Assembly (NCBI GenBank): GCA_036741395.1
Contig: DAINSI010000002.1
Location: forward strand, 3,625 to 67,624
Reading direction: 5' to 3'
Length of the DNA stretch: 64,000 nucleotides
Origin: Candidatus Dormiibacterota bacterium
GTDB lineage: Bacteria > Chloroflexota > Dormibacteria > DASZGP01
This document shows positions 37,240-46,836 of this stretch, piece after piece. A model generated the notes under the pieces. It was not told the DNA's origin and searched no databases. It saw only the letters and a list, made by a program, of their open reading frames with translations. The translations under genes and the position numbers were made by a program. The stretch's first letter is position 1. The number at the start of each line of letters is the position of its first letter.

Positions 37240-38286
37240 ATGAACTTTGACCTGAGCACCGAGCAGCAGGCGATCAAGCGCGCGGCGCGCGATTTCCTCA
37301 GCGCCAAGAGCGACCTGCGGGCGGTGCGCCGCCAGGCTGAGGCGGGGCGCTATGACGATGCGCTCTGGGAGGGCGTGCGCAACCAGGGGTGGACCGGGAT
37401 AACCGTCGCCGAGGACCGCGGCGGCGCGGGGCTGGGCTTCGTCGAGCTGGCGGTGGTGATGGAGGAATTCGGCTATGCCTGCGCTCCCTCTCCCCTGCTC
37501 TCCAACACCGCCGCCGGAATCATGCTGGCGCGCGCCGGCGACGAGGAGCTGCGGCGGCGCTGGCTGCCGGCGATCGCCGCCGGTGACCAGCGCGGCGCCG
37601 TGGGCACCGTGGCCTCCGACGGCAGCGCCATCGTCGCCGACGCCGACGAGGCCGAGCTGCTGATCCTGGTTGACGGCGAACGGGCGTCGGTCATCGAGCG
37701 CGCCGCAGCTCAGGTCGAGCCGGTTGCCGCCGTCGACCCCACCCGCCGCTTCTTCCGCGTCTCGGCAACCGGGGCCACGCCACTCAGCGGCGACGTTGCC
37801 GGTGCGCTGCAGCGCATCGAGGTGGCGCTCTCCGCCGAGATCGTCGGCGTGGCGCAGCGCGCGATGGAGATGGCGGTCGAGTACGCCAAGCAGCGGCAGC
37901 AGTTCGGCCGGCCCATCGGGGCGTACCAGGCAGTATCCCATCGCTGCGCGGAGATGCTGCTGGACGTCGAGAGCGCGCGCTCCGCAACCTACTTCGCGGC
38001 CTGGGCGGCGGATGCCGCCCCAGGGGAACTGCCACTGGCGGCGTCGGTGGCCAAGGCTGCCGCCGGGGACATCGGCTGGAAGGTCGCGGCGTCGGCCCTG
38101 CAGGTGCACGGCGGCATCGGCTTCACCTGGGAGCACGACCTCCAGTTCTTCATCAAGCGCGGCGCCGCTGACGCCCGGCTCTTCGGCAGCGTCAGCGAGC
38201 ACCGCGACCGCGTCGCCGGCGCCTTTGGGCTGGACGGCGCGACCATCGGCGCGACCGCTCCGGCGCCCCAGCCGGTCACCGTCTAG
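37240..38286 (+). CDS. Acyl-CoA dehydrogenase family protein lacking the catalytic YEG..EIQ motif; likely non-catalytic beta subunit of an alpha2-beta2 ACAD
   Basis: ACAD fold (AQRAMEMAVEYAKQRQQFGRPIGAYQAVSHRCAEM) but C-terminus FGSVSEHRDRV without the Glu base. Adjacent to the catalytic ACAD as in ChsE/FadE heteromeric pairs. Confidence 0.8.
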   Translation: MNFDLSTEQQAIKRAARDFLSAKSDLRAVRRQAEAGRYDDALWEGVRNQGWTGITVAEDRGGAGLGFVELAVVMEEFGYACAPSPLLSNTAAGIMLARAGDEELRRRWLPAIAAGDQRGAVGTVASDGSAIVADADEAELLILVDGERASVIERAAAQVEPVAAVDPTRRFFRVSATGATPLSGDVAGALQRIEVALSAEIVGVAQRAMEMAVEYAKQRQQFGRPIGAYQAVSHRCAEMLLDVESARSATYFAAWAADAAPGELPLAASVAKAAAGDIGWKVAASALQVHGGIGFTWEHDLQFFIKRGAADARLFGSVSEHRDRVAGAFGLDGATIGATAPAPQPVTV

Positions 38287-39822
38287 ATGGCAGTCGGCGA
38301 ACACAACCTGGCGCGACTCGCGGAGCAGGCCTTCGCGCGCCACGGGGACCGCGACGTCCTCTCCTTCGAGGGCACCACCTACCGCTCCGGGGCCCTCTTC
38401 GAGCGTGGCCGCGGTCTCGCCGGCGGCCTCGTCGCGCTGGGCATCCGGCCCGGCGACCGCGTCGTGGTGATGATGTCGAACACCCCCGATGTCGGCACCC
38501 TCTACACCGCTCTGTGGCGGGCGGGAGCGGTGATCACCCCGGCGATCTTCCTGCTCTCCGACGCCGAACTTCACACCATCCTGGTGGACAGCGAGGCGCG
38601 CGCGGTCGTCACCACGCCGGACTTCCTGGCCAAGGTCCGCGGCGCCGCGGCCGGGGTTCCAACCCTGGAGTGGATCATCTGCGAGGGTGAGGAGGGCACC
38701 GTTGCGCTGGAGCAGCTGGTCACCGCGGACCCCGCCGGGATCGTGCCGCGCGAGGACGCGGACCTCGCCGCCCTGATGTACACCGGCGGCACCACCGGGC
38801 GCGCCAAGGGCGTGATGCTCTCGCACGAGAACCTCTGGCGCGCCGGCGGGAGCTCCCACGAGTCCGGCTACATACCAGGGATCAACCGGTCCCTGGTTTC
38901 CCTGCCCCTGTCCCACTCCTTCGGGCTCCTCGTCACGGTGGTCGGGCTGCACTCGCCGGAGCGTGGGTTCTCGGTGTTGATGAAGTGGTTCGACCCGGGC
39001 GCGTTCCTGGCCCTGGTCCAGGAGCACCAGCTGCAGGTGGCGCCAGTGGTGCCGTCGATGGTGCAGGTCCTGCTGTCGCAGCCTCTGGAGGACTACGACC
39101 TCTCCTCGCTGCGCTTCTTCGCCTGCGGCGCCGCCCCCCTGGCCGCCGACGTCATCCACGAGCTGGAGCGCCGCCTCCCCAACTGCGAGGTGCGGGAGGG
39201 CTACGGGCTGACGGAGTCATCGGCGATCATCAGCAGCACCCGGCCAGGGCGGCGGCGCATCGGCTCCGTCGGCGAACCGGTCCCGGGCTGCGAGGTGCGG
39301 ATCCTGGATGACCTTGACGCCGAGGTCCCGGTGGGCGAGATGGGCGAGATCTGCGCCCGTTCCGGGACCATCATGCAGGGGTACTGGAAGTCCGAGGAGC
39401 TCACCGGGCAGACCGTCAAGGACGGCTGGCTGCACACCGGCGACATGGGCCACGTCGACGCCGACGGCTACGTCTACATCACCGACCGCAAGAAGGACCT
39501 GATCATCCGCAACGGCTTCAACGTCTACCCGCGCGACATCGAGGACGTGCTCCTCGAGCACCCCGGGGTGCAGCTGGCGGCGGTGGTGGGAAAGAAGGAC
39601 AGGGCCGTGGGTGAGGAGGTCGTCGCCTTCGTCTCGCTCAGCCCCGGCGCGGAGGTGACGGAGAGCGAGCTGGTGGAGTTCGCCCGCCAGAAACTGGGCG
39701 CCTACAAATACCCCCGCGAGGTGCATGTCATCGACAGCGTCCCCCTCACGCCGGTCGGAAAGGTGGACCGCAAGGCCGTGCGCGCGCGTCTCGCCGACCG
39801 GCCCACGGTGGGCACCAGCTAG
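38287..39822 (+). CDS. AMP-dependent acyl-CoA synthetase/ligase (fatty-acid--CoA ligase)
   Basis: AMP-binding box MYTGGTTGRAKGVMLSHENL. Downstream GYGLTE and DRKKDLII motifs. ATG 1 nt after the upstream stop. Confidence 0.85.
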   Translation: MAVGEHNLARLAEQAFARHGDRDVLSFEGTTYRSGALFERGRGLAGGLVALGIRPGDRVVVMMSNTPDVGTLYTALWRAGAVITPAIFLLSDAELHTILVDSEARAVVTTPDFLAKVRGAAAGVPTLEWIICEGEEGTVALEQLVTADPAGIVPREDADLAALMYTGGTTGRAKGVMLSHENLWRAGGSSHESGYIPGINRSLVSLPLSHSFGLLVTVVGLHSPERGFSVLMKWFDPGAFLALVQEHQLQVAPVVPSMVQVLLSQPLEDYDLSSLRFFACGAAPLAADVIHELERRLPNCEVREGYGLTESSAIISSTRPGRRRIGSVGEPVPGCEVRILDDLDAEVPVGEMGEICARSGTIMQGYWKSEELTGQTVKDGWLHTGDMGHVDADGYVYITDRKKDLIIRNGFNVYPRDIEDVLLEHPGVQLAAVVGKKDRAVGEEVVAFVSLSPGAEVTESELVEFARQKLGAYKYPREVHVIDSVPLTPVGKVDRKAVRARLADRPTVGTS

Positions 39823-40577
39823 ACGAGCTTCGCCCGCAACCGGCGCATGCCCCGGATCCAGCGGTCGTAATCCGTCGCCTTGCGGCTGAAATACTCCGCC
39901 ACCTCGGGGTGAGGCAGGACCAGGAAGCGCTCCTCACGCAGCGCCTCGACGACCACGCCGGCGACGAATTCAGGTTCAAGCGCGCCCGCCTGCAGGAACT
40001 GCGACTCGCCCAGCCCCAGCATCGGGGTCCGCACCCCCTGCGGGCAGAGGGCCGAGACGCCGATGCCCTCGTCCCCGTACGCGATCGCCAGCCACTCGAA
40101 GAAGGACAGCGCCGCCGCCTTGGTCACACCGTACGGGGCGCTGAGGACCTGGTTGAGCAGCCCGGCCGCCGAAACCGTGCCCAGGATGTAGCCCCGACCG
40201 GCGCGCTGCCAACCTGGCAGCAGCGCCCGTGCCGCATACACGTGTCCCATGACGTGGACGTCGAAACTGGTGCGCCACTCGCTGTCGGGCGACTCCGGTC
40301 CAGCGCCCAGGCCCACGCCGGCATTGGAGCAGAAGAGGTCGATGCGGCCGTGCTCGCTGATCGTGCTTTCGACCAGCGAAGCGACGTCAGCCTCGACCGT
40401 CACGTCGGTGCGCACCGCCCGCCCGCCGATCTCGCCGGCGACCGCCTCGGCACCGGCGGCGTTGATGTCCGCGACGACGACCGCCGCGGCGCCGTCGGCG
40501 GCGAAGCGACGGCACAGCGCGGCGCCGATTCCGCTCCCACCACCGGTGACCACGATGACCTGCCCCTCAACCTCCAT
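39819..40577 (-). CDS. SDR family short-chain dehydrogenase/reductase
   Basis: VTGGGSGIGAAL cofactor motif. Catalytic YxxxK region (APYGVTKAA). Confidence 0.85.
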   Translation of the reverse strand: MEVEGQVIVVTGGGSGIGAALCRRFAADGAAAVVVADINAAGAEAVAGEIGGRAVRTDVTVEADVASLVESTISEHGRIDLFCSNAGVGLGAGPESPDSEWRTSFDVHVMGHVYAARALLPGWQRAGRGYILGTVSAAGLLNQVLSAPYGVTKAAALSFFEWLAIAYGDEGIGVSALCPQGVRTPMLGLGESQFLQAGALEPEFVAGVVVEALREERFLVLPHPEVAEYFSRKATDYDRWIRGMRRLRAKLV

Positions 40578-40588
40578 CTGTCCCGCCC

Positions 40589-41044
40589 TTAGACCAGGTA
40601 CCGGACGACCGGCTCGGCCACGCAGGCGGGCTTCTCGACGCCTTCGATCTCGACGGTCACGGTGAAGACCACCTGCACCCCGTCGGCGATGTCGGTCACC
40701 TCCTTGATGGTGGAGGCCGCGCGGATCCTCGAACCCACCTTCACGGGGGAAGGGAAACGCACCCTGTTGAGGCCGTAGTTGATCCCCATCCGAATGTTGC
40801 TGACCCGCGCGATGCCGGTCATCAGCACCGGCAGCAGGGAGAGCGTCAGGTAGCCATGGGCGATGGGGGCGCCGAACGGTCCCTTCGCGGCCTTTTCAAC
40901 GTCGACGTGGATCCACTGGTGATCGCCGGTGGCGTCGGCAAAGAGGTTGACCTGGTCCTGGGTCACCTCATGCCAGTCGCTGGCGCCCAGCTCCTTGCCG
41001 ACCAGCTGCGGCAGCTTGTCGATTCCCTCAATTACCAGCATCAC
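40589..41044 (-). CDS. MaoC-like (R)-specific enoyl-CoA hydratase / hot-dog fold dehydratase
   Basis: Hot-dog fold with GINYGLNRVRFPSPVKVGSRI pattern typical of the MaoC dehydratase family. Confidence 0.8.
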   Translation of the reverse strand: MMLVIEGIDKLPQLVGKELGASDWHEVTQDQVNLFADATGDHQWIHVDVEKAAKGPFGAPIAHGYLTLSLLPVLMTGIARVSNIRMGINYGLNRVRFPSPVKVGSRIRAASTIKEVTDIADGVQVVFTVTVEIEGVEKPACVAEPVVRYLV

Positions 41045-41080
41045 GTCTCCTCCGAAGTCTGAGCGCGGATACTAGCGTCC

Positions 41081-41647
41081 GTGACTCCCGGCGAACTGGC
41101 CCCGGCGGGCACGCCCTACATGGCCGAGCTGCTCAACGACGCGCTCGGCGCCGGCCTCTACACGGTGCCCGGGCTGCTCCGCGACGTCGCCGATCCCGCC
41201 GCGCACGTTCTCGCCGTCAACGGCGACAGGGGGCTGGTCGGCGGTGCGGTCTCCCGCCTGCTGGTCCCCGAGGACGCCAGCTACTACGCGGCCTTCGGGG
41301 CCGTCGTCGAGCAAGCCTTCAAGGCGGGGCCAATCGGCTCGTTCGAGGGCCTGGCCGTGGCCCCCGCGGCGCGCGGGCGCGGCCTCGGCTCACAGCTGCT
41401 GGCGGAATCGGTGCGCTGGATCAGGGAGCGGGGCGGGCGCAGCGCGGTCGCGCTCTCCTGGGTCTCACGACAGGCGACATCCGCGGGGCTCTTCGTTCGC
41501 GCCGGCTTCGAGGCAGGCCCGACGATCGAGGACTTCTACTACCAGGAGAGCCGGCGAGATGGCTGGACCTGCCCCGTCTGCAATGGGCCCTGCCATTGCG
41601 CCGCGCAGTTCTACTGGCGGCCTATTGACGCTCCTTCGCGAGCATGA
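41081..41647 (+). CDS. GNAT family N-acetyltransferase with C-terminal Cys-rich (CPVCNGPCHC) tail
   Basis: Acetyl-CoA binding motif GLAVAPAARGRGLGSQLL. Start uncertain. Convergently overlaps the DinB gene by about 26 nt. Confidence 0.6.
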   Translation: MTPGELAPAGTPYMAELLNDALGAGLYTVPGLLRDVADPAAHVLAVNGDRGLVGGAVSRLLVPEDASYYAAFGAVVEQAFKAGPIGSFEGLAVAPAARGRGLGSQLLAESVRWIRERGGRSAVALSWVSRQATSAGLFVRAGFEAGPTIEDFYYQESRRDGWTCPVCNGPCHCAAQFYWRPIDAPSRA

Positions 41648-42128
41648 TCACGTAGTCCAGGTCGGGCACCTTGACGCCCCGGTCGCCGAGCGCCGAGAAG
41701 ACCTGGGAGCGGTGGTGGCCGTTGTGCACCAGCACCTGCATCATGGCCTGCTGCGCGGTCATCGCGAATTGCAGCCAGGGGACCATGACCTCGCGGTCCG
41801 AGAATTCTGGGGTGGCCGCGCCGACGACCTCAAGGAAGTGGTCGTCGAGCTCCGCAGCGCGCTCGGCGTACCAGGCGAGCTCGTGCTTGAAGTAACCGTC
41901 GGCAAGGCCCGTCGGGGTGACGAGGAACTTCGACGCGGCCTCCTCCCCGGCGAGCAGGGCCGCGAAGCCCTCCTCCACGCTGACCATGTGGCGCAGACTG
42001 TTGTCGATGGTGCCGACGGTCCCGGCGGCCTCCTCCTCCAGGAGCGCCCGCTCGGCGCGCAGGCAGACCTTGAAGACGCGGGCGTTGGCCCAGCGGTTGT
42101 AGCGGAAGAACTCGGTGAGGGTCTGCAC
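41622..42128 (-). CDS. DinB/YfiT-like (DinB_2) family metal-dependent protein
   Basis: FFRYNRWANARVF ... LVHNGHHRSQV His-triad pattern of the DinB_2 family. Confidence 0.7.
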   Translation of the reverse strand: MQTLTEFFRYNRWANARVFKVCLRAERALLEEEAAGTVGTIDNSLRHMVSVEEGFAALLAGEEAASKFLVTPTGLADGYFKHELAWYAERAAELDDHFLEVVGAATPEFSDREVMVPWLQFAMTAQQAMMQVLVHNGHHRSQVFSALGDRGVKVPDLDYVIMLAKERQ

Positions 42129-42171
42129 CGGCAGATCATCGCTGAAATCGCTCCCTTACCCTTGATCCCCG

Positions 42172-43095
42172 ATGAGCGACGCAGCGGTCCAGGTGGACGG
42201 CCTGGTCAAGCGCTACGGCGCGGTGACCGCGGTCGACGGACTCACCCTTGACGTCAAGGCCAACCAGGTGACGGCGATCCTGGGGCCCAACGGAGCCGGC
42301 AAGACCACCACCATCGAGTGCTGCGAGGGCTTCCGACGACCGGACGCAGGCACCGTCACCGTGCTCGGGCTTGACCCGACGAGGTCGGCGGCGGCGCTCT
42401 ACCCTCGTATCGGCGTGATGCTCCAGGCCGGCGGGATCTACCCCAGCGTGCGCGCCGAGGACATCCTTCGCCACACCGCGCGGCTCTACCTCAACCCCCT
42501 GGACCCGGCGATGCTGATCGAGCGGCTGGGCCTGGAGGGTGCCCGCCGGACGACCTACCGCCGGCTCTCGGGAGGACAGCAGCAACGGCTGTCGCTGGCG
42601 ATGGCGGTGGTGGGCCGGCCGGAGCTGGTCTTCCTTGACGAACCGACCTCCGGGCTCGACCCCCAGGCCCGGCGCGCGACGTGGGAACTGGTCCGCGAGC
42701 TGCGCACCGACGGGGTCACGGTGGTCCTGACCACCCACCTGATGGACGAGGCCGAGGAGCTGGCCGACGAGGTGGCGATCATCGACCACGGGAGGGTGGT
42801 CGCGGCGGGTTCGCCTCGCGAGCTGACCCGCGCCGGTGAGGAGGGGTCGGTGCGTTTCGACGGGCCGCCGGGGCTGGACCTGGAGTCGATGCGCCGGGCC
42901 CTGCCGGCCGGGTCCGAGGCCGACGAGGCGGGCGCCGGGAGCTACGTCGTTCGCGGGCACGCCGGGCCGCGGCTGCTGGCGTCGGTGACCAGCTGGTGCG
43001 CCGACCACGACGTCATGCCGCGGGCGCTGCGGGCCGGGGGGCGCAGCCTCGAAGACGTCTTCCTGGAGCTGACCGGACACCAGATGCGACAGTGA
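42172..43095 (+). CDS. ABC transporter ATP-binding protein (DrrA/ABC-2 exporter type)
   Basis: Walker A ILGPNGAGKTTT. Signature LSGGQQQRL. Walker B LVFLDEPTSGLD. GTGA overlap with the downstream permease. Confidence 0.85.
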   Translation: MSDAAVQVDGLVKRYGAVTAVDGLTLDVKANQVTAILGPNGAGKTTTIECCEGFRRPDAGTVTVLGLDPTRSAAALYPRIGVMLQAGGIYPSVRAEDILRHTARLYLNPLDPAMLIERLGLEGARRTTYRRLSGGQQQRLSLAMAVVGRPELVFLDEPTSGLDPQARRATWELVRELRTDGVTVVLTTHLMDEAEELADEVAIIDHGRVVAAGSPRELTRAGEEGSVRFDGPPGLDLESMRRALPAGSEADEAGAGSYVVRGHAGPRLLASVTSWCADHDVMPRALRAGGRSLEDVFLELTGHQMRQ

Positions 43096-43859
43096 GCGAG
43101 GGTGCCTTCAGTCCCCGGCCGGGCGCCGCGCCGCTGCCGCGCATGTTCACGGCCCAACTGTTGATGGAGACGCGGCTGCTGCTCCTCAATGGCGAGCAGC
43201 TGCTGTTGACGATCGTCATCCCAACCCTGGTACTGGTGCTGTTCAGCACCGTCAACGTCGTCGACCTGGGTGCCGGCCGGCGCGTCAACTCGGTGCTCCC
43301 GGGCGTCCTGGCGATCGCGGTGATGTCGACCGCCTTCACCGGCCAGGCCATCGCCACGGGCTTCGAGCGGCGCTACGGGGTGCTCAAGCGCGTGGCCCTC
43401 TCCCCGCTGCCTCGCTGGGGCTTCATCGCCGCCAAGTCGGGGTCGGTGGTGCTGGTCGAGCTGGTCCAGGTTGCCCTGCTGGTGGTCGTTGGGCTGGTGC
43501 TGGGCTGGACCCCACGAGGTTCGGTGCTGGAGGTCGCAATGCTGCTGGTCTTGGGAACCGCGGCGTTCTCCGGGCTCGGCCTCCTGATGGCGGGCACCCT
43601 GCGCGCGGAGGCGACGCTGGCGGGGGCCAACCTGGTCTTCCTGCTACTGCTGGTGGGCGGCGGAGTGGTGGTGCCACTGGACAAGTTCCCGGCCGCGGCG
43701 TCCGCGGTGCTGCGCCAGCTTCCCGCCGGCGCCCTGGCCTCCGGCCTCCGCGACGTGATCCAGAGGGGCGGCCCGATGCCGGCCCACGACGCGCTGGTCC
43801 TGCTGGCGTGGGCGCTGGTGAGCATCGCGGCCGCGGGCGCGTGGTTCCGTTGGGAGTGA
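43092..43859 (+). CDS. ABC-2 family transporter permease
   Basis: Six hydrophobic helices. GTG start overlapping the ATPase stop. ABC-2 pattern (LLL..RE....G.LE.L). Confidence 0.7.
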   Translation: MSEGAFSPRPGAAPLPRMFTAQLLMETRLLLLNGEQLLLTIVIPTLVLVLFSTVNVVDLGAGRRVNSVLPGVLAIAVMSTAFTGQAIATGFERRYGVLKRVALSPLPRWGFIAAKSGSVVLVELVQVALLVVVGLVLGWTPRGSVLEVAMLLVLGTAAFSGLGLLMAGTLRAEATLAGANLVFLLLLVGGGVVVPLDKFPAAASAVLRQLPAGALASGLRDVIQRGGPMPAHDALVLLAWALVSIAAAGAWFRWE

Positions 43860-43912
43860 GACCCGGCCGCCAAGGAGGCGCTTAGCTCGGTCTCCTGCCA
43901 GAATTCGGGAGA

Positions 43913-45067
43913 ATGGACGCAGAGCGCGGGGGCCAGGATGAGCGCTACGACGCGGTCATGGACGCCCTCAGTGACCTCGGTGAAGGGCTGGTGATCACTG
44001 AGGCGGGAAAGCTGGTGTATGCCAACGAGGCGTACCGGGCCCTGACCGGCTATACGCTGGAGGAGCTCATGGCCCGCTCGAACCTGATCGAGTTGGCTCC
44101 CGAGGAATTGCGTCCAGAGTTGTCGGCCGGGCTCGCCGACATCCTCAGCGGCCGCCGCGACCCGTCTCATTTCCTGGAATCCCAACTGGTCACCAGGGAC
44201 GGCCGACGGGTGGACGTGGAATCGTCGATCCACTTTCTGGCCACCGAGTCCGCGACCAGGATCCTCGCCATCGTGCGCGACATCACCAAGCGCAAGGCGA
44301 TCGAATCAGAGATCCGCCGGCTCAACGACGACCTCGAGCAGCGGGTGGTGGAGCGCACGACAATGCTCGAGGCCGCCAGGAGCGAGCTCGACACCTTCTC
44401 CTACAGCGTCTCTCATGACCTGCGCGCCCCGCTCAGGGCCATCCTTGGGTTCAGCGCGATCCTCGCCGAGTCGCACCACCAAGAGCTCTCTTCGGAGGGC
44501 AACCGATTCGTCGCCCTGATCCACGAGAACGCCGGCCTGATGGGACGGCTGGTGGATTCGCTCCTGGCCCTCTCCCGGCTTGGCCGCCACGAGATACGTC
44601 TCCAGGCTGTCTCCCCGCGACCCCTGGCCGAGCGCGCCGTCGACAAGACCAGGGCAGCCCACCCCAACGCGCGCGTCCAGGTCACGGTGGCCGACCTGCC
44701 CGCCGTGCGCGCCGATGCGGACCTGCTCGAGCTGGTCTTCCTGACCCTCATCGACAACGCCGTCAAGTTCAGCGCGGGCCGGCCCCGCGCTCGCGTCAGG
44801 GTGGGATGTGACAAGAAGTCGGAACCGGCCACGTTCTTCGTGCGCGACAACGGGATCGGCTTCGACCCTCGATACGTGGACAAGATCTTTGGCGTCTTCC
44901 AGCGCCTGGTGCGCCCCCAGGACTACGACGGCGTGGGCAGCGGACTGGCCATCGCCCGGCGCGTCGTCGAGCGCCACGGAGGACGCCTCTGGGCAGAGTC
45001 CGCGCCTGGCGAGGGTGCGACGTTCTTCTTCACCCTCGCGCGCCCGGAGGCGCCCCCCGAAGGCTAG
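43913..45067 (+). CDS. Cytoplasmic PAS-domain sensor histidine kinase (HisKA + HATPase_c)
   Basis: PAS region LVITEAGKLVYANEAYRALTGYTLEEL. H-box FSYSVSHDLRAPLRAI. N/G boxes (DNAVKFS, DNGIGFD, GVGSGLAIARRVVERHGG). Confidence 0.8.
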   Translation: MDAERGGQDERYDAVMDALSDLGEGLVITEAGKLVYANEAYRALTGYTLEELMARSNLIELAPEELRPELSAGLADILSGRRDPSHFLESQLVTRDGRRVDVESSIHFLATESATRILAIVRDITKRKAIESEIRRLNDDLEQRVVERTTMLEAARSELDTFSYSVSHDLRAPLRAILGFSAILAESHHQELSSEGNRFVALIHENAGLMGRLVDSLLALSRLGRHEIRLQAVSPRPLAERAVDKTRAAHPNARVQVTVADLPAVRADADLLELVFLTLIDNAVKFSAGRPRARVRVGCDKKSEPATFFVRDNGIGFDPRYVDKIFGVFQRLVRPQDYDGVGSGLAIARRVVERHGGRLWAESAPGEGATFFFTLARPEAPPEG

Positions 45068-45075
45068 TCGCCGGC

Positions 45076-45846
45076 TTGCCGCAAGAAACCCCGAGGCTCC
45101 GCCGTTATATGGACAAAATGATGTCAACCGAGCCCGTGGCGGCGTACGCAGGCGCTGAGCGCCGCGACCTGGTCAGCCGCGCCCAGCGCAATGGCCTGGC
45201 CGCGTGGCTGGACCTCCACCCCGAGACCCTGGGGCACATTCGCACGGAGGCGCTCGGCGCGCTGGATCTCTCGCTCGACGCGAGCCGTCACGCGGAGGAG
45301 CACATCCGTGGCCTCCGCCTGCACTCGATCAAGCTCGAGGAGCAGGTGCGTGAGCTGGAGGCCCAGGCCCTCACCGACACCCTCACCGGCATCGCCAGCC
45401 GGCGCGCGATGGAGCTGCGCCTCAACCACGAGTGCGCGTTGATGCGCCGCACCGGGCAGGCGTTCTCGGTCTTCATGCTGGACGCCGACAATCTCAAGGA
45501 GATCAACGACGCCTACGGCCATTCGGCCGGGGATGACTACCTCCGCGCCCTCGCCCGACGCGTCCTGGAAAGCGTGCGCGACATGGACATGGTCGCGCGC
45601 CTGGGCGGCGACGAGTTTGTCGTTGTCTGCCCCGCCACCTCGGCGGCGGGGGCGGCGGAACTCGAGGCGCGGCTGGCTCGCGAGCTCTCTTCGGATGTCA
45701 CCTTCGCGGGGGGCGAGACGGTGCGAATGTCGGTCTCAATCGGCTGGGTGGAGGCTGAGCCCGATTGCGGGTCGGCGGCCCAGCTGCAGCGGGCCGACGA
45801 GGCCATGTACCGGGTCAAGGCGACGCACATCGAGAGCCCCGTCTAA
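45076..45846 (+). CDS. GGDEF-domain diguanylate cyclase with N-terminal coiled-coil
   Basis: RLGGDEFVVV active-site motif. RRAMEL...FSVFMLDADNLKEIND I-site-like region. 9 nt after the histidine-kinase stop. Confidence 0.8.
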   Translation: MPQETPRLRRYMDKMMSTEPVAAYAGAERRDLVSRAQRNGLAAWLDLHPETLGHIRTEALGALDLSLDASRHAEEHIRGLRLHSIKLEEQVRELEAQALTDTLTGIASRRAMELRLNHECALMRRTGQAFSVFMLDADNLKEINDAYGHSAGDDYLRALARRVLESVRDMDMVARLGGDEFVVVCPATSAAGAAELEARLARELSSDVTFAGGETVRMSVSIGWVEAEPDCGSAAQLQRADEAMYRVKATHIESPV

Positions 45847-45908
45847 GCCTCAGCCGCGGGCGCCCCATTTCCATGGCTGGATGATGCCCTCTGATAACGT
45901 CGACCCGC

Positions 45909-46436
45909 ATGACAGAGGACGACACTGCCGGCTTGGGGCGAGCCGAGGCGACCCCCAAGTCGGGACAGGCGGCGCTCAGCGCCGCCGTGGACGCCGGGCA
46001 GCATCTCAAGGCGCTCTTGAACCCCGCGCTGATGCGCTACCACGGCGACGACGTCTCGCTGGGTATCCGCCTCGCCAACCGCGTCACGGGCGGCATGGGA
46101 AGCTGGCGGTTCATCATCATCCAGACCGTCCTGGTGGTGATCTGGATCATCCTCAACATCGTCGGGTTGCTCAACCACTGGGACCCCTACCCGTTCATCC
46201 TCCTCAACCTGATGTTCAGCGTCCAGGCGGCCTACGCCTCACCCCTGATCCTGATGGCCGGCAACGTCGCCGCCTCTCGAGACCGCGACCTCTGGGAGCA
46301 CGACTACAAGGTCAACCAGGAGGCCTACGCCAAGATCGAGTCGATCGAGTTGCGCACCCAGGAGATGCTGGTCTCGATCAACAAGCTCATCGGAACCAGG
46401 ATGGGCGAATCCCGGGACACCCCATCCGGAGGTTAA
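45909..46436 (+). CDS. DUF1003 family membrane protein
   Basis: GSWRFIIIQTVLVVIWIILN...WDPYPFILLNLMFSVQAAYASPLILMAGN matches the DUF1003 two-TM signature. Confidence 0.7.
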   Translation: MTEDDTAGLGRAEATPKSGQAALSAAVDAGQHLKALLNPALMRYHGDDVSLGIRLANRVTGGMGSWRFIIIQTVLVVIWIILNIVGLLNHWDPYPFILLNLMFSVQAAYASPLILMAGNVAASRDRDLWEHDYKVNQEAYAKIESIELRTQEMLVSINKLIGTRMGESRDTPSGG

Positions 46437-46482
46437 GTGCGCACGGCGCATGCGGGTGACACCGTGCGCGCCCGGCCTCAGG

Positions 46483-46698
46483 TCATAGGCAGTTAAGCCT
46501 GACGTCCAGGGCGTCGTCCCAAATCGACGGTGAAGCCACCGAATCGTCAACGACCGCGGTGGAGTCATACCCCTCGAAGACCGCAGCCGCGGCCATCAAT
46601 GCCTCCAGGTCCAGGGCGGCGAGCGTTCCATCCATGACGCGGGGGTGAAACGCATTAACCTCGGTGTATGCGGTGGCGATGATTCTGGCTGGCAACAC
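46483..46698 (-). CDS. Hypothetical small protein (71 aa)
   Basis: ORF only; moderate codon bias; no recognisable motif. Confidence 0.2.
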   Translation of the reverse strand: MLPARIIATAYTEVNAFHPRVMDGTLAALDLEALMAAAAVFEGYDSTAVVDDSVASPSIWDDALDVRLNCL

Positions 46699-46836
46699 AT
46701 TCGAGTCCTCCTGGTGGGCGGATCAACTGTGCTCACAGTAGAGCTGGGGATGCCGTCGGATTAGGTCACCGACGCCAGAGAAAACGCATGCTGCACCTGT
46801 GCGATACAACCAGTCCGCGCGGCAGCGCGAGGCGAG

